64,000 bases of DNA from Acidimicrobiia bacterium (GCA_022825005.1 JAJDYU010000016.1:4604-68603); one strand, 5' to 3'; positions 15,209 to 24,552 are shown, counted from the first letter of the stretch. Numbers and translations are program-made. Notes: a model not told the origin generated them from the letters alone.

Positions 15209-16369
15209 TTGGACTTCTCAATCGACGATTCCCAAGAGATGGTGGTGGACACCGTGCGGGCCTTTGTGGATCGCGAGCTGGTTCCCTACGAAGAGGAAGT
15301 GGAGCGCACCGGTGAGGTGCGTCCCGACTTGGTGGAGCAGATTCGCCAGCGCTCGCTTGACGCCGGAATCTACGCGGCCAACATGCCCGTCGAAATGGGC
15401 GGCGGAGGGCTAGACGACCTCACGCTGGCAATGGCTGAGCGGGCCTTTGGCTGGACCGGCTACGCCCTTCAGTACATCGTGGCCCGCCCCTCAAATATCT
15501 TGAGGGCCTGCACCGGCGACCAAGTGGAGCAGTACTTGCTGCCCACCGTGCGGGGCGAGCGGGTGGAGTGTCTGGCTATGAGCGAGCCCGATGCAGGCTC
15601 CGACCTGCGGGGCATGACCTGTCGGGCCGAGCGCCGAGGCGATCACTTCCTGGTCAACGGCACCAAGCACTTCATCAGCCACGCCGACCTAGCCGACTAT
15701 GTGATCTTGTTCGCGGCCACTGGCGTTGTCGATTCCGACCGCGGGCCACGCAAGCTGATCTCTTCGTTGCTGGTGGACTTTGACACACCAGGCCTGGAAC
15801 GGGTGCCGGGCTATAACTGCGTGTCAAACCGGGGTTACCACAATTTCATTCTCAACTTCGACGATGCCCGGGTGCCAGCGGCCAACTTGCTGGGGGAGGA
15901 GCACCGGGGGTTCGATGTTGCCAACGAATGGCTGGGCAGCACCCGCCTGCAAGTGGCTGCCACCTGCCTGGGTCGAGCCGACCGGGCGCTGGCGGTGGCT
16001 CTCGACTGGGCCGCGAGCCGAGAGCAATTCGGCCAGCGCATCGGGCGATTCCAAGGAGTGTCGTTCAAGTTGGCCGATATGCGTACCCGGCTGTTGGAAG
16101 CGGAGCTGATGACCTACCGGGCGGCTTGGCTGTCGGCACGGGGCGAGATGAGCGATGCCGACGCGGCCATGGCCAAGCTGTCGGCCACCGAGATGCTGCA
16201 ATTCGTGTCCGACGAGGCCATCCAGATACTCGGTGGCATGGGACTTATGGACGAGTTGCCCTTGGAGCGGATCTGGCGCGACGCCCGGGTAGATCGTATC
16301 TGGGACGGCACCAGCGAGATCCAGCGCCACATCGTGTCACGCGACATGCTGCGCCCTCTGGGGGTCTGA
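15209..16369 (+). CDS. acyl-CoA dehydrogenase
   Basis: TTG start 6 nt after AAGGAG (15197-15202). ...CLAMSEPDAGSDL...FISHADLADY...QFGQRIGRFQGVSFKLADM...IWDGTSEIQRHIVSR are ACAD signatures. The upstream 266 codons of track ORF 14411-16369 overlap the previous gene in another frame. Confidence 0.85.
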   Translation: MDFSIDDSQEMVVDTVRAFVDRELVPYEEEVERTGEVRPDLVEQIRQRSLDAGIYAANMPVEMGGGGLDDLTLAMAERAFGWTGYALQYIVARPSNILRACTGDQVEQYLLPTVRGERVECLAMSEPDAGSDLRGMTCRAERRGDHFLVNGTKHFISHADLADYVILFAATGVVDSDRGPRKLISSLLVDFDTPGLERVPGYNCVSNRGYHNFILNFDDARVPAANLLGEEHRGFDVANEWLGSTRLQVAATCLGRADRALAVALDWAASREQFGQRIGRFQGVSFKLADMRTRLLEAELMTYRAAWLSARGEMSDADAAMAKLSATEMLQFVSDEAIQILGGMGLMDELPLERIWRDARVDRIWDGTSEIQRHIVSRDMLRPLGV

Positions 16370-16415
16370 AAGATGATCGGAGGACATCGGATGGTGAGCG
16401 ATCGGCGATGAGGCA

Positions 16416-18548
16416 GTGACCGCCAGGCTGGCGCGGTTGATGCGACCCCAATCGCTGGCCTTCATCGGGGGCGAGGCCGCCGAGTGGGCCATTGATGCCA
16501 CCCGGTCGTTCGGCTTTCGAGGTGAGATATGGGCGGTAAACCCGCGCCGACAGCTTCGGGATGTCCGTACTTTGGCCTCTGTGTCCGAACTGCCCGAAGG
16601 TCTAGACGCCGCCTTTGTGGGCGTAGGGCGACAAGAGGCAACCCAGGTCGTGCGGGAGTTGGCCGCAAGGAGGACCGGCGCGGCGGTGTGCTATGCCTCG
16701 GGTTATGCCGAGACCGGTGATGTAGGCGCTGCCTACCAGCGCGAGCTGGTAGAGGCAGCCGCCGACATGCCACTGGTAGGACCCAATTGCTACGGGACTC
16801 TTTCGGCAGTCACCGGCGCCGCGCTGTGGCCTGACCTGCACGGGCTGGTCCGCGCCGAGAGCGGCGTGGCCATCGCCAGCCAGAGCGGCAATATCGCACT
16901 GAATCTCACTATGCAGCGGCGCGGCCTGGATATCTCCTATGTGATCTCGTTGGGCAACCAGGCTGGCGTGGGATTGGCCGAGGTGTTCGAAGCCCTGGTC
17001 GCCGATCCCGCGGTAACCGGGGTGGGCTTGTACATAGAGGCAATAGACGATGTCGCTCGGTTCGCGGCGGCCGCCGACGAGGCCCGCAGACGCGGTCTTC
17101 CCGTGGTGGTCTTGAAAGCTGGTGCCTCGGAGGCAGCGGAGACCATTTCGGATTCCCACACTGGATCGCTGGTGGGCAGCGATGACGCCTACGAGGCCCT
17201 ATTCCGCAGGCTCGGGATCAGGCGGGCGCGCACGGTGGGCGGACTGCTCGACTTGTTGGGGGTGCTCACAGTTGTCGGGCCTTTGGCCGGCACCAGGCTG
17301 GTGTCTCTGAGCTGTTCGGGTGGCGAAGCCGCGCTGATGGCGGATCGGGGAGGGAACTACCAGGTGTCCTTTCCGGCGTTCGCCCCCGACCACCGCGACC
17401 GCGTGGCCGCCACCTTGGACGGTCGGGTGACGGTGACCAATCCACTCGACTATCACACCTTCATCTGGGGGGACATCAACCGTCTCACCGAGTGCTTCAC
17501 CGCAGTGCTGAACGGCGAGCCTATTTCTCTTGAGGCGGTTGAGGGCGGCGGGTCGGTTGGTGTCAGCAAGTCGGTTGACTCCCAGCGGCCCTTTGATGCC
17601 GCCCTATTGGTACTCGACTTCCCCGCCGCCGGACTTGACTGGTCGCGTTGGTGGCCCACGCTGGACGCATTCGGCGCGGCCTGTGCCGCCAGCGGCACGC
17701 CGGGCGTGCTGGTGGCGACCATGGCGGAGAACTTGCCCGACCAAGCCCGCACTCGGGCAGCCGAACTGGGACTGGCCGCCTGCTGCGGCTTTGACGCTGC
17801 CCTAGCCGCAATCGAAGCTGCATTTGCCCTCGGGCGTCCGCCCGCCCACGCCCAGCCATCTGATACCGCTTTGTGGTCCCCGCCCTCCCGCTCCCATACG
17901 TCTACGAAGACGCTGTCTGAGCACGGGGCCAAACAGCGGCTGGTCGAAGCGGGCATCGCCGTGCCCTTCGGGCGACTAGTCCCAGCAGGAGATGCCGCGG
18001 CCACTTCGGCTGAGATCGGATACCCGGTGGTGGTGAAGGCGACCAGCTTGGCCCACAAGTCCGACGTGGGTGGCGTGGCCGTTGGGCTGGCCGAGCCCAC
18101 CGAGGTTGCCGATGCTGCCGCCCGACTCGGTGCACTCGGCCAGGGAACTGTGTTGGTGGAGGCCTGCATAGCAGATGCCGTGGCTGAGCTGATGGTGAGC
18201 GTGCGGTCGGCGCCGCCGGTGGGAATGCTGCTGACGCTTGGCGCCGGCGGGACGCTCGTGGAACTGCTCGACGACTTCGCCTGCTTGTTGCTGCCCACCG
18301 GCCCGGATGCGGTGTGGAAAGCCCTGCGAAGCCTCAAACTGTGGTCTTTGTTGGATGGCCATCGGGGCCAACCACCCGCCGCGATTGACGCCGTCGTTGA
18401 GGTGGTCGACTGCTTGGGCTCGCTGGTGCGCGACGATGGCGACATCATCGAAGTGGAAATCAACCCGCTGTTGGTGACTGCTCAGGGAGCCGTCGCCGCA
18501 GATGCGCTGATCGTCGTCGCCTCACCCTCCGACGGGAGGCCGAGATGA
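16416..18548 (+). CDS. ADP-forming acyl-CoA synthetase (fused CoA-binding, ligase-CoA and ATP-grasp domains)
   Basis: 710 aa. N-terminal CoA-binding domain (PQSLAFIGG...VNPR), central succinyl-CoA-synthetase-like flavodoxin domain (IASQSGN..., HTGSLVGSD), and C-terminal ATP-grasp (GYPVVVKATSLAHKSDVGGV). Confidence 0.8.
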   Translation: MTARLARLMRPQSLAFIGGEAAEWAIDATRSFGFRGEIWAVNPRRQLRDVRTLASVSELPEGLDAAFVGVGRQEATQVVRELAARRTGAAVCYASGYAETGDVGAAYQRELVEAAADMPLVGPNCYGTLSAVTGAALWPDLHGLVRAESGVAIASQSGNIALNLTMQRRGLDISYVISLGNQAGVGLAEVFEALVADPAVTGVGLYIEAIDDVARFAAAADEARRRGLPVVVLKAGASEAAETISDSHTGSLVGSDDAYEALFRRLGIRRARTVGGLLDLLGVLTVVGPLAGTRLVSLSCSGGEAALMADRGGNYQVSFPAFAPDHRDRVAATLDGRVTVTNPLDYHTFIWGDINRLTECFTAVLNGEPISLEAVEGGGSVGVSKSVDSQRPFDAALLVLDFPAAGLDWSRWWPTLDAFGAACAASGTPGVLVATMAENLPDQARTRAAELGLAACCGFDAALAAIEAAFALGRPPAHAQPSDTALWSPPSRSHTSTKTLSEHGAKQRLVEAGIAVPFGRLVPAGDAAATSAEIGYPVVVKATSLAHKSDVGGVAVGLAEPTEVADAAARLGALGQGTVLVEACIADAVAELMVSVRSAPPVGMLLTLGAGGTLVELLDDFACLLLPTGPDAVWKALRSLKLWSLLDGHRGQPPAAIDAVVEVVDCLGSLVRDDGDIIEVEINPLLVTAQGAVAADALIVVASPSDGRPR

Positions 18549-19342
18549 CCAACTCCGGCCCTGTTTCCGCGGTGACTGCTATCGTCGATGGGCCGGTGTT
18601 GGAGGTCACCCTCAATCGGCCCAAGGCCAATGCCATCGACGCGGCCACCAGCCGGGAGCTGAGTGCCGTCTTCGCCCGCTTCCGCGACGACCCCGCCCTG
18701 CGAGTGGCGATCTTCACCGCGGCCGGCGATCGATTCTTTTCTGCCGGTTGGGATCTAAACGCCGCGGCCGCCGGAGAGGAGTTCGAGGCCGACTACGGCG
18801 AGGGTGGATTCGGCGGGTTCGGCGAGCTACCAGGGCTACTCAAACCAGTCATCTGCGCAGTCAACGGCTTGGCAGTTGGCGGCGGGTTCGAGATCGTGCT
18901 GGCGGCCGATCTAGTAGTGGCCGTTGAGAGCGCCCGCTTCTGGCTGCCCGAGGCCTCATTGGGAATAGTGGCCGATTCGGCATCGGTACGTCTGCCGAGA
19001 ATGCTGCCGCCGGTGGTGGCCAACGAGGTGCTCTATGCCGGTCGCCGAATTGACGCGGCCGAGGCGCTGAAGTGGGGGCTGGTGAACGCGGTAGTAGGGA
19101 GTGATCAGCTGTTGGCCGAGGCCCGTGCCGTGGCCGAGCGGGTGGTGCAGGCCGCGCCTCTGTCGGTAGCCGCGGTGATCGAGATCGACGCTCGCACCGG
19201 CCATCTCCCACTGCCCGATGCCTTCGAGCTTCTGCGCTCCGGCAATTTGGACGCTTATGAGGCCATGCTCGCCTCCGAAGATTCCGAAGAAGGCCCTCGT
19301 GCCTTTGCCGAAGGTCGGTCTCCACGCTGGCAAGGCTGCTGA
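18545..19342 (+). CDS. crotonase-family hydratase closely resembling carnitinyl-CoA dehydratase CaiD
   Basis: RPKANAIDA, FRDDPALRVAIFTAAGDRFFSAGWDLNAAAAGE, LPEASLGIVADS, LPPVVANEVLYAGRRIDAAEALKWGLVN and SEDSEEGPRAFAEGRSPRWQG are collinear with E. coli CaiD as recalled from memory. 4-nt overlap with the synthetase gene. Confidence 0.75.
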   Translation: MTNSGPVSAVTAIVDGPVLEVTLNRPKANAIDAATSRELSAVFARFRDDPALRVAIFTAAGDRFFSAGWDLNAAAAGEEFEADYGEGGFGGFGELPGLLKPVICAVNGLAVGGGFEIVLAADLVVAVESARFWLPEASLGIVADSASVRLPRMLPPVVANEVLYAGRRIDAAEALKWGLVNAVVGSDQLLAEARAVAERVVQAAPLSVAAVIEIDARTGHLPLPDAFELLRSGNLDAYEAMLASEDSEEGPRAFAEGRSPRWQGC

Positions 19343-19393
19343 GGCCGTTCCCAACGCAGGGTGACTGCTATCGCTGGTGGGAGGCTGTAACCC

Positions 19394-20947
19394 TCAGCTT
19401 CCCACTGCGGCCTTGTCTCGCAGTCGGTATTCGGGCACCAACACGGCCAGCACGACTCCCAGCGCAGTCACGGGTATCGCCCACCAATAGAGGTCGGCGA
19501 TGGCGTTGGCGAAGGACTCCACGATGCCGTTGCGCACCCCGGAGGGTTCGATGGCGTCGATTTGGGTGGGCACGGCGATGAGGGCCTCGATGTCGATCTG
19601 GTCGCCACCCGGCACCAGCCGAGGGAGGTAGTGGTCGAGCCGGGAGATGAAGATCACCCCCAGCACCGCGGAGCCGAAAGTCTGGCCCAGCGAGCGGAAG
19701 AAGTTGGATGCCGACGTGGCCGCCCCCAGATCGCCGTGGGGGACAATGTTCTGCACCGCCACCAGCAGCACCTGCATGATGGCCCCCACCCCGCAGCCCA
19801 CCGTGAACAGGTAGGCCATGGCCGTCCAGGTGGTCGTCTCGGCACTCACGGTAGACAGCAGCCACATCGACAGGGTGAGCACGCCGGCCCCCACAATCGG
19901 CACGGCCTTGTACCGGCCAGTGCGGGTGAGAATCTGTCCACTGCTCACCGAGGTGATCAGCATCCCCAGCGTCATAGGCACCAGCAGCAACCCCGATTGG
20001 GTGGCGTTCACATCGGTAACCACTTGGAGGAAAAGCGGGCCGAAAATGCCCGCGCTGATCATGGCGGCGCCAGCGATGAACTGGATCACACAGGAGATGT
20101 TGAACAGCCGAAGCCGGAACAGCCGGGGCGGCAGGATGGCCTCGGACGCCTGGCGCTGATGGACGATGAACAGCGCCAACCCGCCGACTCCGACCGCCAG
20201 AAGGCCGATCGACGGGGCCGACCCCCACGACCAGGAGTCGCCGCCCAGCTCCATGGCCAAAATGAGGGCGATCACCCACACCAAAAGCAGACCGGCACCG
20301 GTGTAGTCCACCCGGGCCTCCCGGCGGGTGTAGGCCAGATCCAGATGGGTGACAGACATCACCAACGCGAACGCCCCGAGGGGCAGCACCATGAAGAAGA
20401 TCCAACGCCAGTGGGCGTAGTCCACCAGCAGGCCCCCGGCCAGCGGGCCCAGGATGGTGGCAAAGGCGAAGATGCCGCCCATGTACCCCTGGTACCGACC
20501 CCGCTCCCGGGGCGACACCACGTCGGCCAGGATGGCCATCGACAGCGTGAACAGCCCTCCAGCGCCCAGACCCTGGGCCGCCCGGAAGACAACCAGCATG
20601 GTCATGCTCGAGGACACACCGGCCAGCACCGACCCGGCCATGAAGATGGCGATGGCGGTTTGGTAGAGGCCCTTTCGGCCCCATAGGTCTGACAGCTTCC
20701 CCCACAGGGGCGTCGACGAGGTGGAGGCGATGAAATAAGAGGTGAAAACCCACGTGTACAGGTCCCGCCGACCCAGGTCCCCGATGATGGTGGGCAGCGC
20801 GGTGGACACCACCGTGCCCTCTATGGCCGCCATCATCTGGGCCAGCATCAGGGTGAGTATGATGACCAGCACCTGGCGTTTGGGCAGGTTGTCGCTCCCT
20901 GCCGAAGCCCTATCACTTATCGGGATAGATTTATCAAAACTATTCAT
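19394..20947 (-). CDS. MFS transporter, DHA2 (EmrB/QacA, 14-TMS) type
   Basis: 517 aa, with many hydrophobic helices. The motifs LPTIIGDLG and GKLSDLWGRK are typical of DHA2. Confidence 0.85.
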   Translation of the reverse strand: MNSFDKSIPISDRASAGSDNLPKRQVLVIILTLMLAQMMAAIEGTVVSTALPTIIGDLGRRDLYTWVFTSYFIASTSSTPLWGKLSDLWGRKGLYQTAIAIFMAGSVLAGVSSSMTMLVVFRAAQGLGAGGLFTLSMAILADVVSPRERGRYQGYMGGIFAFATILGPLAGGLLVDYAHWRWIFFMVLPLGAFALVMSVTHLDLAYTRREARVDYTGAGLLLVWVIALILAMELGGDSWSWGSAPSIGLLAVGVGGLALFIVHQRQASEAILPPRLFRLRLFNISCVIQFIAGAAMISAGIFGPLFLQVVTDVNATQSGLLLVPMTLGMLITSVSSGQILTRTGRYKAVPIVGAGVLTLSMWLLSTVSAETTTWTAMAYLFTVGCGVGAIMQVLLVAVQNIVPHGDLGAATSASNFFRSLGQTFGSAVLGVIFISRLDHYLPRLVPGGDQIDIEALIAVPTQIDAIEPSGVRNGIVESFANAIADLYWWAIPVTALGVVLAVLVPEYRLRDKAAVGS

Positions 20948-21098
20948 ATAGGATATCGTGACGAGCGCTATTCGAACGTCTAACTTTTTGTACTGGAAGC
21001 AAGCAGATCATCAAGGAATTACTTGGTGTTCTGGCTTCTGTAGTAATAGCCAAACGGAGAAAAAGCCCCCGGACTCGTACGGGAGGCAATGGGTGGAG

Positions 21099-21395
21099 AT
21101 GGCAATGGAGCCTCGTCCTTGGTGGATGGAAAATGCGAACTGCAAAGGGAAGAGCGAGCTGTTCTTCCCCCCGGCCGGCGAACGTCCGTCGGCACGGGAG
21201 CGGCGGGAGAATGCAGCCCGGCGAATTTGTGGCGAGTGCGTCGTGATTCGGGCGTGCCGGAGTTGGGCCCGCGACCAGCGCGAGCTCGGCTTCTGGGGCG
21301 GCGAGTCGGAGATCGAGCGGGCTGAGGCGGGCTTCGCCCCCTCTACTCCGGTCATCGGCCTGCGGCGCCACCGCACCGAGCGGGAATCGGCCTGA
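21099..21395 (+). CDS. WhiB-family (Wbl) Fe-S transcription factor
   Basis: Four Cys in the Wbl pattern (NANC...ICGECVVIRAC) plus the GFWGG turn. Start is ATG 21099 or 21105. Preceded by an AT-rich ~150-nt leader. Confidence 0.8.
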   Translation: MAMEPRPWWMENANCKGKSELFFPPAGERPSARERRENAARRICGECVVIRACRSWARDQRELGFWGGESEIERAEAGFAPSTPVIGLRRHRTERESA

Positions 21396-21444
21396 GCCGA
21401 CTGCACTGATCCGGCGCCGCATTCGGACGGCGCCGTCAATCCCT

Positions 21445-22347
21445 TCATCCCACGACGCGTCGGACAAAGGCCGCAATGGCCTCGGTACCCTCGATCGCCT
21501 CGGGGTAGTTGGGGTACATGATCTGGAAGTCGTGGATCATTCCCGGCCAGATTCGCAGATCCACCTCGACACCAGCATCGGCTAGCACAGCCGCGAATCC
21601 GGTGGCGTCGTCCAGCAGCACCTCGTGATCCCCGGCGTGCACCAGCATGGGGGGCAATCCCTCTAGGTCGCCGAAGAGCGGCGAGGCCAGCGGATCACGG
21701 GGGTCATGGCCGTCCAGATACCAACTGGCGGCGGTCACCGCGTCGTCGTGGCCGAACATCACGTCCAGCTCGTCTCTCTCAGCGTGGCTGGCCGAGGAGT
21801 TGGTCAGGTCCACCCAGGGCGACAGGCAGACTCCCGCGCCGGGCAGCGGCAACCCCTGATTGCGGGCCCCGAGCAGGACGGCCCCTACCAACCCACCCCC
21901 GGCGGAGTCGCCGATAAACGCGATGCGGGCCGGTTCGATTCCGGTGTCCAGCATCCAGCGGTAGGCGGCCAGGCAGTCGTCAACCGCGGCGGGGAACGGA
22001 TTCTCCGGGGCCAGTCGGTAGTCGATCAACAGCACTCGGGCCGGGATCAGCGAGGCAAGATGGGATCCGAAGCCCTGGTGCGAGATGATCGATCCCACCC
22101 GGTATCCGCCGCCGTGGAAGAACAGCAGCGCAGGCAGACTGTCGGGGTCGTGGGCCTGGGGGTGAAGCCATGCGGCACCGGGCACTCCGGGGATATCGAC
22201 CGTCTCCTTAACCACCCCGTCGGCCAGCGGCGTGGCGGCTGAGTTGGCGTCTAGACGGGCCCGGCGCTCGGCGGGCGTCTCGGAGGGGTCGGGCTTGGGC
22301 GCGGACGCCAGCATGGACCGCACGGCTTCGAATTCTGGGCTTGGCAT
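21445..22347 (-). CDS. alpha/beta-hydrolase, hormone-sensitive-lipase (family IV) esterase
   Basis: HGGG oxyanion motif (LLFFHGGGYRVG) and GDSAGG nucleophile elbow. Confidence 0.85.
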   Translation of the reverse strand: MPSPEFEAVRSMLASAPKPDPSETPAERRARLDANSAATPLADGVVKETVDIPGVPGAAWLHPQAHDPDSLPALLFFHGGGYRVGSIISHQGFGSHLASLIPARVLLIDYRLAPENPFPAAVDDCLAAYRWMLDTGIEPARIAFIGDSAGGGLVGAVLLGARNQGLPLPGAGVCLSPWVDLTNSSASHAERDELDVMFGHDDAVTAASWYLDGHDPRDPLASPLFGDLEGLPPMLVHAGDHEVLLDDATGFAAVLADAGVEVDLRIWPGMIHDFQIMYPNYPEAIEGTEAIAAFVRRVVG

Positions 22348-22456
22348 CCCCGGAGACTAACGCCTGCCCTTCTTGTTCTCGGGTCTCGGAAACTCATCAA
22401 TGGCTATCGGGCTCGGGTTCTTGACAGTGCCGGGACGGCGGTAGCCTAAGCGGGCG

Positions 22457-23311
22457 ATGACCGGCGAACTTCGACTGCTCACCATCCACGCCCATCCCGA
22501 TGACGAGGCGTCCAAGGGGTCGGCGACGGTGGCCATGTACGCAGACCAGGGGGTGGCGGCCTCTTTGGTGTGCTGCACCGGCGGGGAGGAGGGCGACATT
22601 TTGAACCCGGCCATGGACCAGCCTGAGATTCGGGAGAATCTCAATCAGGTCCGCCGAGACGAGCTGGTCGAGGCCGCCGACGTGCTCGGCTATCAAAGCG
22701 TTCACTGGCTGGGCTACCGCGACTCCGGCATGCCCGACAGCGACGCCAACGCCGACCCCCGCAGCTTCGCCCAAGCCCCGCTGGGTGAGGCCGTGGAGCG
22801 TCTGGTGGCCATCCTCCGAGCCGAGCGCCCCCACGTGGTAGTCACCTACGGGGAAGACCAGCAGGGCTACCGCCACCCCGATCATCTCCGGGTGGCTGAG
22901 ATCAGCGGCCCGGCCTTTGACGCGGCCGGCGATCCCGACGCCTATCCCGACGCCGGCGAACCGTGGCAGCCGCTGAAGATGTACTACGTGACCTGGTCGC
23001 GGAACCGGATCACCGCCCTGCACGAGAAGTTCGGCGAGCTGGATCTGGAGTCGCCCTATGACGAGCGGTGGTTCAGCCGGCCCTCCAATGACGACATCAT
23101 CACCACCCGCATCAACTGCGCCGAGTACTTCGACCGCCGGTCCAAGGCGCTGCTAGCCCACCGCACCCAGGTCGATCCCGACTCCAAGTTCTGGTTCGGC
23201 CTGCCCGACCACCACATGGCCGATGCCTATCCGTGGGAGGACTACATGCTGGGCCGCAGCCTGGTGGAAACCGACATTCCCGAAACTGACCTGTTCGCGG
23301 GGATCGCCTAG
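22457..23311 (+). CDS. mca: mycothiol S-conjugate amidase
   Basis: LRLLTIHAHPDDEASKGSATVAMYADQG...GGEEGDILNPAMD...YRHPDH...ETDLFAGI is collinear with M. tuberculosis Mca as I recall it (LmbE/PIG-L family). Confidence 0.8.
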   Translation: MTGELRLLTIHAHPDDEASKGSATVAMYADQGVAASLVCCTGGEEGDILNPAMDQPEIRENLNQVRRDELVEAADVLGYQSVHWLGYRDSGMPDSDANADPRSFAQAPLGEAVERLVAILRAERPHVVVTYGEDQQGYRHPDHLRVAEISGPAFDAAGDPDAYPDAGEPWQPLKMYYVTWSRNRITALHEKFGELDLESPYDERWFSRPSNDDIITTRINCAEYFDRRSKALLAHRTQVDPDSKFWFGLPDHHMADAYPWEDYMLGRSLVETDIPETDLFAGIA

Positions 23312-23315
23312 GCCG

Positions 23316-23711
23316 ATGGAGCGGGCCCGGTACCTCAGCGAAGAGTGGTTCGGGCTGAACCTGGAGGCGGCGGCGGGCTGGCCGGAGCGGCCGGGGGTGG
23401 ACTGCTCGGCCAACTACGAGGTGACCGGCTCGCCCGACGGCAAGGTCCGCTACCACGCCGTCATCCGCGGCGGCCGACTGGTGGAGATGGCCTCGGGCAA
23501 GCTGGCCGACGCCAATGTCAACATCGTCTACAAGTACGCCGACGCCAAAGCCGAGGTCTCTGGCGGCGATCACCCCGATCTGGCCTTCATGACAGGCCGG
23601 ATGAAGTTGGAAGGGGACTACGCCCGCTGGGTATTCGGCCTGCGCCCGCTCTTGGACTCAGCCGAGTACGACGACTTCCGGTCGGCTTTGGGCGAGCTAA
23701 CCGACTTCTGA
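23316..23711 (+). CDS. SCP2 sterol-carrier-like domain protein
   Basis: 131 aa from the internal ATG 23316. The C-terminal DLAFMTGRMKLEGDYARWV resembles the SCP-2 'G.lkieGd' signature. Confidence 0.5.
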   Translation: MERARYLSEEWFGLNLEAAAGWPERPGVDCSANYEVTGSPDGKVRYHAVIRGGRLVEMASGKLADANVNIVYKYADAKAEVSGGDHPDLAFMTGRMKLEGDYARWVFGLRPLLDSAEYDDFRSALGELTDF

Positions 23712-23718
23712 TCGGCGC

Positions 23719-24552
23719 TCAGCCCCGGCGCTGGGCGTCTCTAAGATCGGAATAGGCCAGCAACTGCGCGCCAGAGCGCTCGACAGCAGTGCGCAGCGCA
23801 GTGTCGTGGGCCACCAGCAGGTACTGCTCCACCCGGCTGAGCCAGCCGGGGTCCATCTCCCGCAACTCCGGGGTGTCGATGGCCGGCGACACCACCAGCT
23901 CGGTCACTCCCGGGGCCAGATCCTCCAGTGCGTCCTCCAGGGTGCGCCGTGCGGGACGGCCGCGGATCTGCACGAGATGGTCGGGGACCAGGATGCCGGC
24001 GTCGGTGGCCAGCCGGCGGAATGGGAAGCCAGCCCGGCGCTCCTGGTCGCTTCCGCCAAGGCGCATCGGCAGGGCCATTTCCGCCGCCAGCTCCAAGAAG
24101 ACGTCGAAGAACTCGGGGCGCATCAGCAATGTGTCCAAGTGCGAGCTGAGATGGGTCAGGTCGCTACCCCACTGGCTGGCCCTCTCGATCTGGGCCCGGC
24201 ACTCCCGACGGACCTCATCGAGGTCGCTGTGCTCCCACGAGTCGGAGGGGGTGCGGGGGAAGCCGCCGTCGCCGTCCAATAGCGATGGCGCCTGAGTGAT
24301 CGGGCTCCAGCGGTAGTTGTCGAACTCGGCGTTCAGGGTGAGGTCAACCCCGACCTGAGTGTGGGCGAAGCGCCAGGCTGCATCCCGGGCCCACGGGCAC
24401 GGCACCATCAAGCTGGCGGCGGTGGCCACCCCCAGCTCTAGACACTCGGCAATGCCCGCATTAGCTGCATGGGACTGCCCCAGATTGTCGCAGGTGATGA
24501 TGAGGCCTCGGCCCTGGGGGTCACCGCCCAAGCGTTCCATTAGCTCGCTCAC
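23719..24552 (-). CDS. YdjC/ChbG-family carbohydrate deacetylase-like protein
   Basis: The N-terminal IITCDNLGQSHAANAGI resembles the YdjC 'DDfG.s..vN.gI' motif, and the size fits (277 aa). Confidence 0.5.
   Translation of the reverse strand: MSELMERLGGDPQGRGLIITCDNLGQSHAANAGIAECLELGVATAASLMVPCPWARDAAWRFAHTQVGVDLTLNAEFDNYRWSPITQAPSLLDGDGGFPRTPSDSWEHSDLDEVRRECRAQIERASQWGSDLTHLSSHLDTLLMRPEFFDVFLELAAEMALPMRLGGSDQERRAGFPFRRLATDAGILVPDHLVQIRGRPARRTLEDALEDLAPGVTELVVSPAIDTPELREMDPGWLSRVEQYLLVAHDTALRTAVERSGAQLLAYSDLRDAQRRG

Noticed and set aside
19368-20753. 461-aa minus-strand ORF, plus the 374-aa + strand ORF 19562-20686.
   Set aside because: These are alternative frames of the MFS transporter gene (19394-20947), which alone shows transmembrane periodicity and DHA2 motifs.
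21412-21435. cggcgccg ... cggcgccg hairpin between whiB and the convergent esterase gene, considered as a possible bidirectional terminator.
   Set aside because: The stem is only 8 bp with an 8-nt loop and there is no T-tract on either strand. This is weak evidence.
22421-22447. TTGACA (22421-22426) and TAGCCT (22442-22447) upstream of mca.
   Set aside because: The 15-nt spacer is short. It would imply a leaderless mca mRNA, which is plausible but unsupported without TSS data.
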